Positions 38,104-50,888 of a DNA stretch of 64,000 nt are shown piece after piece. A program made the position numbers and the translations under genes. Positions within the stretch are counted from its first letter, which is position 1. Each line of letters begins with the position of its first letter. Under the pieces are notes generated by a model. The model saw only the letters and a program-made list of their open reading frames with translations. It made no database searches and had not been told where the DNA came from. The DNA lies in the NCBI GenBank assembly GCA_043228905.1, contig JBHGNT010000002.1, forward strand, positions 7,130,001 through 7,194,000. Direction: 5' to 3'. This DNA is from Azolla caroliniana (Eukaryota > Plantae > Polypodiophyta).

Positions 38104-38709
38104 TCATGTATACTAGTACTACAAAATAGAATGGCATTTTAATACAGCACCTAATTAATATGTTGAGGGGGAAATGGCATACTAGTCGTTATTGTAAATC
38201 AACAAGGGCAACCTACTTGAATTTAATCTGATTTTTCATTTGGCATTGTATTTACCCTACTATAATCCTCAAGTCACATAAATGAAAACTTATGCGCAAC
38301 TCGACTCCATTACATGAAATAAATGCACATTGACGATTTCATATTTCTATCTTACATTGCTCTAGAAATTTCTTGATTGTGTAATCATATTTTTATGTCA
38401 TCAAGATCATGTATACTAGTACTACAAAATAGAATGACATTTTAATATAGCACCTAATTAATATGTTGAGGGGGAAATGGCATACTAGTCATTATTGTAA
38501 ATCAACAAGGGCAACCTACTTGAATTTAATCTGTTTTTTCATTTGGCATTGTATTTACCCTATTATAATCCCCAAGTCACATAAATGAAAACCTATGCGC
38601 AACTTGACTCCATTACATGAAACAAATGCACATTGTCGATTTCATATTTCTATCTTACATTGATCTAGAAATTTCTTGATTGTGTAATCATATTTTTATG
38701 TGATCAAGA
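38104..38709. repeat. Tandem duplication, 304-bp unit x2
   Basis: tcatgtatactagtactacaaaatagaatg at 38104 and 38408; near-identical throughout. Confidence 0.9.
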
Positions 38710-39329
38710 GCCTCAATTTAAATTTTAGACCAAGCATGTATATGAAAATGAGAAAGCATACATTTATAGTTTCTCATTAATGTTAGCATATTCAACAAAT
38801 TGTCTTCTAATTGTCTAGCAATACTCAATGATATAGTGAACATTGGCTTCAAATATTAATCTACCGGTTCATAAAGGCATCTTAAATGGGAATAGTCCAA
38901 ACTAAAATCATTAAATAAGTGACAATACTTAATAAGCAATTCAGCTAAATGGAATATTAATTCAGAAAGAGATGGCTAAAGTATTCTCATGATACCTAAG
39001 TTATAGTGTCTTTCAAAAAAAAAAAAATCCATAAAACATATGCTCCATTGGTATTAATAAAAGGCCAGAGGCAGAGCATGGCGAGAAGAGGAAATGGCGA
39101 GCAGGAGCAACACGGTGAGGAACGCGAGCGCTGGTTAGCTGTGTGCCGCTGTCCAAGAACTTGGCCGCTCGTCAGAGGCTGTTCGGCTGCACAGAGTGCC
39201 TCGAATGAACCACATTGCTTGTGAGCTTACCTACCCCTACAGTGTCAGTTACGTTCTGATTAGGGAATAAGACTAAGTGTAGAGCACTAGAGGATAAGGG
39301 AGCCTAAGGGCTGCGGGATACAAGAAAAC

Positions 39330-40904
39330 ATGGTGGCAAGGGAGCCATCTGAGGGTGGTAAAGTAGACTCAATGTCATCGATTAAAGTATCAGCGGCAAG
39401 GGTGCCGCCCGTGCGGTGGGTGGAGTCGAGGTATGCACTACAAAGGATGGTTAATGGCCGCGAGAAGCAGCAAGTTGGGAATTTGGAACACAAGGAAACA
39501 AGTGACGATTGGAAAGTCGTAGGGAATCATATTAATGGAGGTGCTGGTAGGATAGGTAAGGATTCAGTGAATCAAACAGATAAGAGGGGATGGATGAAAG
39601 AGATGATTAGGGCTCCTTCCAGCAGTATGGCTACAACCCTCTTTGCAAATGATGGCATTGAGGATTCACGAGTGTGGGGAGAAGCGGAGGTTTGGAAAGT
39701 AGATGCACGGAAGCAAGAAGCTGGAGGAGATCATGCCAACCTTGCATCATGGCAAATGGATGAAGAGGGAGTAGAAGAGGGGCAGCGGGGATTGCAAGGA
39801 GGATCGTCTCAAGGGTTGCCTATGGTGGAGAGTGAGGCCAAAGAGTACACGTTACAAGTGGAAAATCTTTTGAATGAATGTGGTCAGGCACATAATGCAC
39901 ATAATACATGCACGAGAGGAGATGATGATAAGGATTTGAAAATGGTGGAGACTTCCGATGTACTGGATGTTTTTCTGTCCGAAGAAGAAAGTACAATCTT
40001 AAATGCCGAGATCAAAAGATTAAAAAAATGTTTGTTCATTTGTAAGCTATTTGGTGGTAGGCCCAACAGAGGTATGGTCCGTGATATGCTACAAGTAGCT
40101 TTAATGGATAAGGTCCCACATATAAAGCGTGTGGATAATATGGGTCGAAATTTCTTTCACATTGAAGTGAACGAAGGGAGTGATGTATCGCAAATTATCA
40201 ATATGAAATGTGTAGAACTCAAATACGGAAGAGCTTTGTTGTTGGAGTGGCATGCTAATTTCAATGTTATGGATGAGGCTAAGAAAATTGGTAATCCCAT
40301 GGTGATATCTATGGTATTCCCTAATCTGCCTCGACACTTATATCCGTTGATGCAAAATATTGGGGAGAAGATTGGCACAATTTGTCCTTCCAAGGCATCC
40401 ATGGTAGACAAAATCCGAGACTCCCCTAAGATTAGGGTGCTTGTGCAAAGTTTGTCCACACTTCCCTCCCTAATTAGAGTGCATGATGTGGAGGGAAGAT
40501 TGATAGATGTGGAGGTGGAATATGAGGGTTTACCTGGCCAATGTTTCTATTGTAAAAGAAAGGGTCACATTGCCAAGGAATGTCCAAGGAAGATTAATAG
40601 AAATGTAAGGGGGGAGAAGGATACTGGGCTGTTAGATAAGCAAGAACCGATAAGGGAGTCAAGATTGAGCAACCTCATTGGGGCTGAGAAGGCGAACAAT
40701 AGTGCAAATGGTTGGACTCATGTTTCGGGACGGAAAAATGGCTTGCAACGAGAAGTAAACACGAATACACCTCATGCAGATTTGAGAAATTGTTTTGAAG
40801 TGTTGCAAGAAGAGGAGGACCTAGCACAAGATTCAAAGAAAACTATTGTTGAAGAGGTGGTAAGTATGTACACCCGAGGTCATGTTAAAAAGTGGAACAC
40901 TTAG
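39330..40904 (+). CDS. LINE ORF1 (DUF4283/RRM-like region plus CCHC knuckle), 524 aa
   Basis: ICKLFGGRP...MGRNFF; VEYEGLPGQCFYCKRKGHIAKEC. Confidence 0.85.
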   Translation: MVAREPSEGGKVDSMSSIKVSAARVPPVRWVESRYALQRMVNGREKQQVGNLEHKETSDDWKVVGNHINGGAGRIGKDSVNQTDKRGWMKEMIRAPSSSMATTLFANDGIEDSRVWGEAEVWKVDARKQEAGGDHANLASWQMDEEGVEEGQRGLQGGSSQGLPMVESEAKEYTLQVENLLNECGQAHNAHNTCTRGDDDKDLKMVETSDVLDVFLSEEESTILNAEIKRLKKCLFICKLFGGRPNRGMVRDMLQVALMDKVPHIKRVDNMGRNFFHIEVNEGSDVSQIINMKCVELKYGRALLLEWHANFNVMDEAKKIGNPMVISMVFPNLPRHLYPLMQNIGEKIGTICPSKASMVDKIRDSPKIRVLVQSLSTLPSLIRVHDVEGRLIDVEVEYEGLPGQCFYCKRKGHIAKECPRKINRNVRGEKDTGLLDKQEPIRESRLSNLIGAEKANNSANGWTHVSGRKNGLQREVNTNTPHADLRNCFEVLQEEEDLAQDSKKTIVEEVVSMYTRGHVKKWNT

Positions 40905-41625
40905 ACAAGAATCTACCATGGGCTCCCCTTCCTCTATTGGTAAAAGTGGAAGTATGGGACTGAGAGCAATGAAAGACTGGCTGCGTAATGGGAGATGTCA
41001 AGAAAGCTCACCCAACGCTCCTGAAATTAAGTTGCAAGCAGTGGGAGAAAGAAGTAAGGAGGCAAATGTTAGAGTTCCAATCAAATTTGTTAGGTCAAAA
41101 ATATTGGAAGGGGACATGCTGGACAAGGGATATAGGTTTAGTCAGCAAGCTCTCACAAGACTGACAGATTTGTCACAAGGGGAAGCTCTAGGGCTAAGGG
41201 TTTATGTAATTGTTGCTGAACGAAACAAGATGCCGGCTATAGGCTTCTCTTTTGATCTAACAGACCTAGAGGTTACAACTAGTAACATGCCACGGATCTC
41301 CAACTTTATAGAAGTCAAGGCACACAAATACTTTCGCAGCCTACCTATCAATTGGAATGGAGATAATTGGAGGTTGATGTGGTTGAATGCTGGAATGATA
41401 TGTGGGAGTTTTCATAATTCTTGCATTAAAAAACAGATTTTACTATGCCTAGAGGAGATGATAGACCCTCTTGATGAGGTGTTGCACTTCCATGAGGAGG
41501 AAATGGCTGAAGCTACAAGGCAAGATGTTGTTTTAGGATGGGAGAGGATCAAGTCGGGAGGTTGGGCATGGGCTAGTGGGGAGGGACTATGTCCGGCTTG
41601 GGAGACCTCACAATTGTTCTCATGA
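40882..41625 (+). CDS. LINE middle ORF of unknown function (or frameshifted ORF1 C-terminus), up to 247 aa
   Basis: Open frame between ORF1 and ORF2; its TGA overlaps the ORF2 ATG (ATGA at 41622-41625). Confidence 0.5.
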   Translation: MLKSGTLRQESTMGSPSSIGKSGSMGLRAMKDWLRNGRCQESSPNAPEIKLQAVGERSKEANVRVPIKFVRSKILEGDMLDKGYRFSQQALTRLTDLSQGEALGLRVYVIVAERNKMPAIGFSFDLTDLEVTTSNMPRISNFIEVKAHKYFRSLPINWNGDNWRLMWLNAGMICGSFHNSCIKKQILLCLEEMIDPLDEVLHFHEEEMAEATRQDVVLGWERIKSGGWAWASGEGLCPAWETSQLFS

Positions 41626-44600
41626 AATTAATCACGTGGAACATACAAGGTCTAGGCGGTAGCAAATGTATGTTGGAGAGGAAGAACCTCCGCCAAGAGT
41701 TCAAATCCCCTAGCTTTAGGGGGATCCCAGACATTTTGCTCTTGCAAGAGCACCATTTGAGTGCGAACAGAATCTCGAGTATTGGCAATCCTCTAGCGGG
41801 GGATTGGCATACTATTTGGTCCCCAGCGCAAGGTGAGCATGGTAGAAAAGGGGGTGTTTGTACATCTATTAAGAATAATCCAGATATAATTGTTGTGGGC
41901 CAAGGCACCATCGTGGAGGGACGTGCCATCTATGTGACAATCAGATGGCAACAACGTATCATTGGAATAATAAATGTGTACGCGCCCAATTCGACAGTGA
42001 TGCGGGCCCTTTTTTGGAGGCAATTGGCTGATGGATTGCCGATGGCAGATGCATGGATCCTCGCAGGGGATTTTAACATGACTATGCACGCAGAAGACAA
42101 GGTGGGGGGCATGCATACGGCGGTGCAGGGGTCAGAGCTAGTTGCATGGGATTTGTTGATGGGCAGAATGGGAGTGAAAGATGCTTGGTATGTACTAAAA
42201 AAGCCTCGGAGCTCATTACGCTTCTCAAGAGCAGGCTGTAATATAAATGGCTATTGTATGTCTCGCATAGACAGAATATACATAAGCTCGGAACTGGAAA
42301 AATATGGCAGCAATGTTGAAATCATCGCAGGTTCAGCTTACTCTGATCACATGCCGGTTTCGATTACGTTGGTCACTCAGAGGCTGAACAAAAGGGACTG
42401 CAACTTAAGGATTAGTAATAAGCTTTTTGAGGATGTGGAGGTGAGAAGTAAGATAAGGAGTATATGGGAAAATAATCTAGTTGGTTGTGGTGCTTTGGAT
42501 AATCTTCAAGGAAAGATTATTGAAACTTCAAAGTATTTGCATGAAGAGACTAAAAATAGATTGGAGAGATCTAAGGAAAGAGAGGTGAGACTAAGAAGAT
42601 CGATAGCGGCTGCCCAAAGAATGCTCCAAAAAAATCCCAAGTGTCTTTGGTCAAGATCAGGTTTGGAGGCTGCCAAAGAAACACTACAGCGGCTGATTGT
42701 GTCAAGAAATAAGATGGTATTCAGGAGTTCAGCAGCTTGGTGGAGTAGGAATGGGGACAAGGTGAACCAAGAATTTTTTAAGTTTAAAAAACCGTGCACA
42801 ATTGGTAACTTCATTCCTAAATTGATCAAGGAGGATGGTTCACTGTCAGAAGATGTATCAGAGATCATGGAGGCAGTCACATCTCACTATAATGGGCTAC
42901 TATCAAATAATTATAATCTCCCAGACCAGCCCTCACTGGCAGAATTTGTATTGGAGGGAATGCAACCAAGAATTTCAGAGGTTGCACAAGTTAAGTTGTC
43001 AGGGCCACTCTTGGAAGAGGAGGTGTCAGATGCTCTGGCAAGTATATGTAGAACGTCTTGTCCAGGAGATGATGGATTATCAAAAGATTTTTATGAAAAT
43101 TTTTGGGAAATAATTAAGGTTGACCTGGTTTCTGGACTAAATGAGGCATGGGATGATGGGTACCTCCCTGAACATTTTAAAGAGGGACTAATATTTCTAA
43201 TTCCTAAGGTAAAGGGTATAGTATCAGATGTGAGGCAATGGAGACCGATTACGTTGCTCAACACAATCTATAAGATTTTTGCTAATATGCTGGCCAAGAG
43301 GGTCAAACCCCACTTACATGCGCTAATTAATGTTGGACAAACAGGATTCATGGAAAATAGATGTATAATCGATAATGTGTTGACCTTTTGGGAAGCGATA
43401 GCCCTGGCGAAGAAAACCAATCAACATATTGCATGCCTCATGCTTGACTTTGAGAAGGCATATGATAGAGTACAATGGCCTTTTTTAGACAAAGTCATGG
43501 AGCGGTTGGGACTACCCTCAAAATGGAGAGCAGCTGCGTTGGCGCTTTACAAAGGAAGCTTGAGTAGGGTGTTGGTACTAGGGCAACGGGGCCCATCAAT
43601 TCCATTATGCAAGTCTGTCAGACAGGGGTGCCCATTGGCCCCCTACCTTTATTTATTTATCTCAGAGGCATTCTCTTTCTTTTTAAATAGACCGGATGCA
43701 GGAATTCGAGGTTTGGTTGTCCCACATGCTTGTAAGGACTTGTTGGACTCCATGTATGCAGATGACACCATGCTCTATCTGCAAGGCAATGATGCTAATT
43801 TACAGCAGGCTGAAAATCAAATTGAGTTGTTCTGTAAAGCATCAGGTGGGAAAATTAATTGGAACAAAAGTAGAGGGTTTTGGGTAAGTCCAAACTCTTG
43901 GCCGAATTGGCAACCTAATGCTGATTTTCAATGGGTTCCTAATGGAAGGGCTGTTAAGTATTTGGGCTTTTTGGTGGGAATAGAGATTCAGAAAAATTAG
44001 CAACTTGAGCAAGTGAAAGACAAAATCAGAAAAAAGCTTCGGTTATGGGCATCAGTAAAGCTTTCCCTTGCAGGTAGAGTGGTTGTGGTAAACCATATCT
44101 TGTTGGCCACCATGTGGCACTCGTTGGCATGCTGGATGTTAGATAAAGAGTGCATAAAAAATATTAAGGCAATGGTGAGAGGGTTCCTTTGGTCGGGTAG
44201 AGACCATGAGACTGCTTCAACTAAAGTGGCCTGGAGTTTTTTGATCAAGGCAAAAAGTCAAGGTGGACTTGGGATGGTGGATCCAGGTCACCAAAGTAAG
44301 GCTTTACTTGGTAAGCTCTTGGTGCGAAGTCTCCAACCTGGACCAGAATTGTGGAAATTGCTTCTTAGAGACAGAGCTGAACTCTGGAGTCCGAGGAATG
44401 GCGGCCCTTGGAAGGCAAAGATGTGGTGGTTGTTCAGTCCAGGCCTAACGTTAAAAGAACCTACTAGCATGGAGGATAGGGTGGCCCGCACCATAATGAG
44501 GGCCTGGTCAAGTTTAAGAGAGGGGCTGGTCTTAATGCAGCCAAAAACAATGGAGGAACAACTCCGTCAACCTCTGTTTTGGAACCCCAGGATTCGAAGT

Positions 44601-45678
44601 GATGATGGTATGATGCTTGGTCAGAAAAAATACTTGCCATGGGGGAAAATGGTAGGGTACAATGTTAGTTCAGTAAGAGACTGGGAGGAGTTCAAAAGGA
44701 GAAGAAGGGAGGGTCTGGTTGGAAGTCCTAGATTTACCGGCAGGCTGGAAAAGGTTACCCACTTGATAGATAAGGCTGTTGATGGTCTAGCTAGGTTGAA
44801 TGAAGAAGAGGGGGTCTGGTTTGGGTGGTTTGTGGTGGCAGAAACCGGGTACAGACAAACTTGAACGGTTTTTCGAGTACATTACCAAGCTAGGAAGGCA
44901 AATCATTGGCTCTAAATTGATGGGTGCTGGCCTAACTCGCAATAGTTGGAAGGATAAAGGCATTTCTGATGACTGGTTGAAGTCGTTTTGGAGGAGGCTA
45001 TGGGCGTTTGATATGCCAGAAAAAATAAAGCTTTGGTTGTGGCTTCTTAGTCACAAAGCGGTGCCGGTGGGGGAGTGGCTTAGGTGTCGTGGTGGTGAGG
45101 CTGGATGCAAAAGTTGTGGACACCCTTTGGAATCAATTCCTCATTGTTTTTGGAACTGCAGCGAGGCTATTAACATTTGGGGTAGAAGTCTCAGGATAGT
45201 GGCAACATGCGGAGTGAATGGGAGAGTTGTATGGGGGTCCGTACAAGGGCTGAAGTTAACAGGGGAAGGCTGGGCTGAACAGTTAAATCCCCACGGACAT
45301 GGTTTTATAGTGCAGGATGGCAAGGTGTTTCAACGGGCTGGAGTTCGACATGGCACTAACTCAGAATTTTTTGAGGAGATATGGATGATGGTGTCTTGTT
45401 TATCGGTCTGGCACATTTGGACCAACCGTTGTAAATTTGTTTTTCAACAACAAAAGATCCCTAGCGGTGAGGTATTATTAAATATCTGGTTTGAGTTGGT
45501 ATCTTGGTTGCGGGGACGATACGACTCAATCAAGGGGGAATCTGATGCAGCTGAAAGATCTCGATCAAAGTTCTTGCTGAAATGGGGTAATTCTCCTATG
45601 GTGGGCAGATCCTCATCAGGGCCTCAATGGAACTACCAAGCACCCCGATGGTTGTTTCTGGTTTCCAACAGCATCTAG
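41622..45678 (+). pseudogene. LINE ORF2 (APE endonuclease, RT, zf-RVT), with a stop at 43998-44000 and a frameshift near 44840
   Basis: LITWNIQG, LLQE, GDFN, SRIDR, SDH; WRPITLLN, LDFEKAYD, RQGCPLAP, YADD; CKSC...HCFWNC. Confidence 0.9.
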
Positions 45679-46823
45679 GTGCTGTAAATCTGTATAGATA
45701 TGGTACAAATTATTAGGTTATTGGAGTTGTTTGGATACGTTTGTTGAAAATGAGGTGGGGACTATGTCCACTTTGGTGGGAAGGCCAGAGTGAGGGCTGG
45801 TGAGAAGAACTTTGGGTGTTCTATGATGTAATTTTGTTTGCTAACTAATGCGAAGTAGTGTTTTTTTGGAAAAAAATAAAAAAAATAAAAGGCCAGAGGC
45901 AGTATACAAATAGTACATAATATTTTTTCATCTCCACAAATATATATTATCCAAAACGAGACCAAATATAAGCTTTGGCATTTGGCAAGATAATGATAAT
46001 TATAATACATGAATACAACTCTCAGCCTTGCCAATAACGCCTTTGCTACGTCGAGCTAGAAGACCACATATAAAGGTGAAAACAATCTCCAACATGGTTG
46101 TCCACCATGGCTGGTAGTTTGAAAACTTCATGTTCGCATTTTGTTTTGCATGTATTGAAGACCATACTCAACATATAAACAACATCTCTGAGTATCTAGC
46201 TTTTTCGATGGTTCAATCACACAAAGCCTGATGCTTGCATCTAGTGATAGGCTTTTTAATTTAGCACTTAGTTCCATATCACTACCCTTCAAAATAAACC
46301 TTGAGAAGGCATCCACTTTAGCACGAATAAACCTCTTTATCACCTGTGGCCTTTGATATTGACTTCCACTATATAAAATATTAGCTCCAATCCAATTGCT
46401 TGAAGGTCCAACATCATCTCTTTTATAGAGTATTCCATTTGCACAACCTTTTGGTCCTTGATTTTATCATCTGAAACAGAAGAATATGGTTGGAAGATGA
46501 CCATCAGCGTCAAGAACAAAATAGTGACTGTTAATCCCAAGCAAGATGCATGACTGAATAAGCTCTCCTGACTGAATTGTGACCTTGTTGAATCTTAAGT
46601 ACTTTCCACTGCCTATAAGAATAGAAGGCCCTAGAGGCATTTCGTGACTCGTGAAGAGTTGTTCCATCATCGTTCTGCAGGCCTATAGACCCACCTCCAC
46701 CATCATAAATGTACTCATCAATTGAAAAACAGTCAACTATATGTGGCCTTCTCGGTGATAGGATCATTTCTTTGTCCTCTTGTCTAAACATTGGTTGATC
46801 AAGATAAATTCCAACCTGAAGAT

Positions 46824-48050
46824 TCATAGGATCCTCCTATGTCTCCATCGAATTAGAACCCTTAGAAAGAAGTGATCACCAATCTCAAACTTTCCCACAT
46901 TTCCATAATCGGCCTGAGATACCATCATACGTCGCCCACGGAATACCGTCGCTGTATCTACTTCAGGATCATCCAAACCTTGCACAACATTGCTTGGAAA
47001 CATCAAGCTAGCCTCTGCTGCCCTCGAGTCCACCATGAGCATCACCTCTTTTCCATTCACCTTTGCTAGAACATGTGGGATATTGTGAAATAGAAACATT
47101 CTCTGCCATTTTCGCTTCTTCGCCACTGCCATTGATTTATATTCCATGGGATCATATATTGAAAATGTGCGATGTTTTGGAGACATCTCGATGACATAGC
47201 CATAGAACAAATCAAAACCACATAATCCATCCACCTCCTTCAATAGTTTGTCAATGTTAATCTCCATGAATACTAGGTTGGTTATTTTGACATGTCCAAG
47301 TTGCAAGCTTTTTCCTCAAAAAAATTGGGACTTCATCACACCACCACCAGAAATACTAGTTGCATATACTTCCCCAAAACCATGCATGCCTAGTTGCATC
47401 GCTTTTTTCTTATTGATCGCAAGACAACCTGTCCCAGTATCAATAATGAAACACCCAACCTCTTTACCATCAACTATAGGACGGACCATGTAATGACCAC
47501 TTTTTGTATATCGCATCAAGACACATTGCCAGTTAGATAACTTCCATCGATCTCTCAAGAGAACTTTTGAATCGAAACCCATAGTGGTAAGCATGTAACC
47601 TTATCAATGATAACATAGGCAACTACCTATTTTTTCTTCAATTTGACTGAGAACAAGAGTTCTTTATCGAGAGCATGATGCACAAGTCTAGAACCAGAAC
47701 TTTCCTGTTGAATGTCTAAATACTTTTGGGCTTCTTCTGTTGCCCAAAACCCAGTCCTAATCCATGTGGATAGCACATAAACCTCACCCTCATCAAGCTC
47801 TAGTCTTGAGACACCACTTGCATCATCAACATACCATGTAAGCATGCCGTCATGGCCCCATTCATGAGTAAATTCTTCATTTTTAAATGGCTCGAAAAAG
47901 AAACTGTCCATTCCCCACTTTAGAGTCCATTCACTCTCAATTCCCCATGTCACTGCCTTGCCTGAAAGCATCAACTTTTGATTAGGCAAGCAATCCTACA
48001 TCTTTCAAGGAGAGGAGGTGTACCACCTCTCGTCGTAGACCACCAACGCC
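46824..48050 (-). pseudogene. Intronless, frameshifted pseudogene of a protein with two retropepsin-like aspartyl protease domains
   Basis: GCFIIDTGTG and MLMVDSRA catalytic-like motifs plus GLCGFDLF in successive broken ORFs (47627-47989, 47316-47594, 46824-47306). Confidence 0.55.
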
Positions 48051-48384
48051 CTGTACATACAAAAAACATAATGACACTACTGTCTGGATCCCCTCATTAA
48101 ATTATGCTTCTTCCCCCGACACCATCGTCACTCATCCTTGTCAGAAATAGATAATGTGCTTCGTCTTCTATCAACAGTGTCATCTTTTACTACCAAGGTC
48201 CTTGAGATTGGAAGACGCGATGACCAACATCCAGTATGCTCTCCTTCTCCCCTCATGAAAGTATGCTTCAGCCCCTACACCATCAAAAAATAGAATGAAT
48301 CACTCTCCTCAGACTAGTGTCTTTCAAAATTATTATCCATGCCTCCCCTTTTGCGTTAGGATACATCTAATAGTTCTTTTATTT

Positions 48385-49630
48385 TATGTTTTTTCAAAAA
48401 AAAACTACTTCCATTAGTTAAGGCAATGTACATAGGATAATATACAACTCATATCTTACAGGCCAACTTGCATGTCGAAAAGAAAACGGGTGTAAAGGAA
48501 ACAACAAAAAAACTCCAAAACACCACATTATTCGATGAGCATAGCATTACTCAACAACATACCCTCCATGTGAGCCTCATACAACCCAAATTCAGCATAG
48601 CCATCCTCCACTCTCTTCTCATGGCAACACCCATCTATATGTTAGGCACACTCGGAGGGAACAACCACCGTGATGATAGATAATTCCACTTCGCTTTGCC
48701 ATCCACCATCTGCAACATCGAAGTACCGCTCCATTTTAGAAGGAACCGAGTTGTAGCTTCTTCACTTGAGTCTGAGGGCTCTTGAAGGCTTTCAAACCCT
48801 CCTGGTAACATAGAAATCAGATTAAACCAGATCATCATTAAACTCTTGGCTGGGGGGGTTCGCTTACTTGAGAAAGTCTCCTTGCACCTAGATACCCACA
48901 CTTGCCAAACTGTAAGGCTGACTACTAATAACCATATGTCCATGTAGCGTTCCTGTATGTAGAATGAACCTCCTTGTGCTGGTTGTATAGTCCCTTGCAT
49001 CACCTTTAAAGAATGACTATTTCCATTCCACCTTTGAAACCACGCAACCGATTCAATGGCCAACCAAGTGACTGTTGCGCTCGATACATGAACCTCAACC
49101 CCGAATCGAGCCAAGATTCTTAAGCTCCTCAGCCAAACTTCTTGGGCTTGTGGGCAGATCCACAAACAATGTGCGATGTCCTCCAAGCTCGCATGGCAGG
49201 CCTTGCAACTACTCATGCCATCTCTTTTCCCAAGCCACTCTCCCGTTGGAACAACCCGATGGGTGATTAACCAGAAAAACACTTTGACTTGCTCGGGGAG
49301 GGATGAGTTCCATATCCTGCTCCTGGTTCTATCCATGAAGACCAAATTGACAACTACATGGGTCCATTTGTTGGCACACTTCTCACGATGCCAACATTAC
49401 TTTCTCCCTAAGCGTGTCGAGTATTCGAAGAAACCTATTGATTTATCTTGTTCTCCCTTCCACTTATATTCAGCAGGATCCCATTCTAAGCACTCAAGTG
49501 GCTTGCCTTCAACCACGTACAAGATCCAATCCTCCTCAACCTCATTGACTAGTGGATTCACCTTCCACTTCTTGCCGTCTTGTGCCACAATTCTAATCGG
49601 GCACCAACCCCAGGGACTCCACTATATATA
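48385..49630 (-). mobile_element. 5'-truncated L1-type LINE (ORF2 C-terminus with zf-RVT, 3' UTR)
   Basis: IWNSSLPEQVKVFFW...CKAC...HCLWIC...WLFPP, homologous to 44800-45678; same 3'-end motif at ~48389-48420. Confidence 0.85.
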
Positions 49631-50888
49631 AGAAGGTTGTATCACGTGCGTTCATGACATCATTTATAAACCCCTTATACGTATGTTTTTTACTATTTTA
49701 GTGACCCTCGTGTAGAAAAACAATTAATAAAAATACCCCTTATTAAGAATATATTTTTTGATAACCACCCATTTTAAATACCCTTACATATAAAATATAC
49801 ATGCACACATAGTTTCTATTCCTAGAAAGGATCAATGACCGGCTTTACAATTGATGACTCACAAAATTATGAATCAACATTAGACATCATATGCAAATTC
49901 CTTGAAATGCTTCATCAAGTGCCACATAGATTGAAAACACAATATGTAAAGTACAAAGTAATGCACACACAATTAGGAAACATTACCCAAAAACACTAGA
50001 GGTATAACATATATAAGCCACATACAAGTTTTTGTTTTTAGTTTATTGAGATGTATGAAGAATATAGAGTGACAAAAAACAATGTAATTTACAATAAAAC
50101 AATCTTGAACTTGACATATTGTAAAATGCCTCTAAACTCTCCTCATTTTCCATTTCATCTGAATGTATTTATACACCATGGTAATACATTCCAAGATCCA
50201 TTCGGTTATCTTGGCACACTTCTATTTACTTACTTCTAACTAACCCTTTACTAACTATAGCCTAACTAACTAACCCAAGGTCTAACACCCTAACCCTAGT
50301 TATAGCTACTTGGGTTAGGTGAGGGGTTTTATCCTGTGGTTTTACCAAGTGACTCCACAGCTCCCCCCTTCGAAAAAATCAAAGCATGTTGACTGTGTCT
50401 GATGGAGTCTCTGCTCCTTTACTGTGGGAGCTACCGCCGTCGCGTTGCTATGGCAGAACGCGTCGCGCTTGCTCGTGTACGATGGTGGCTCTGCGTCATC
50501 TTGCTTGCTCGTGTGTGATGGCGGCTCTACGTCGTCTTGCTTGTTCGTCTGTGATGGCGGCTCTGCGTTGTCTTGTTGGCTGGCTGCGACCGAAGGGTTT
50601 CCGGAGTCCTCTTCGCGGGGGTCATCATGGTGAGTTTCCTCTTCATGGGCTGATTTAGTTGTGGATGGGAGTAGATATGGCTTCATCCGGATCACATGCG
50701 CATAGGTAATCCGTCCATTAGCATCTCGACGGAGAGAATAGGTGTTGGCCCTCATTGAACGGATGACCGTAAAAGGGCCAATCCATCGATGCATCATTGA
50801 TTCACTAAGTCCTTGTCGCCGGATTGGAAAATAGACTAGGACCTTTGCGCCAATTGCATATTCTACCACCTGACGGCCCTTATCATAG

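Larger units (their letters stand above)
39075..45883 (+). mobile_element. Full-length L1-clade LINE with 19-bp TSD
   Basis: TSD aataaaaggccagaggcag at 39056-39074 and 45884-45902; ORF1, middle ORF, ORF2 and A-rich tail. Confidence 0.95.

Noticed and set aside
43998-44000. Programmed readthrough in LINE ORF2
   Set aside because: A second lesion near 44840 indicates decay, and the related LINE ORF at 63070-63996 is open at the equivalent position.
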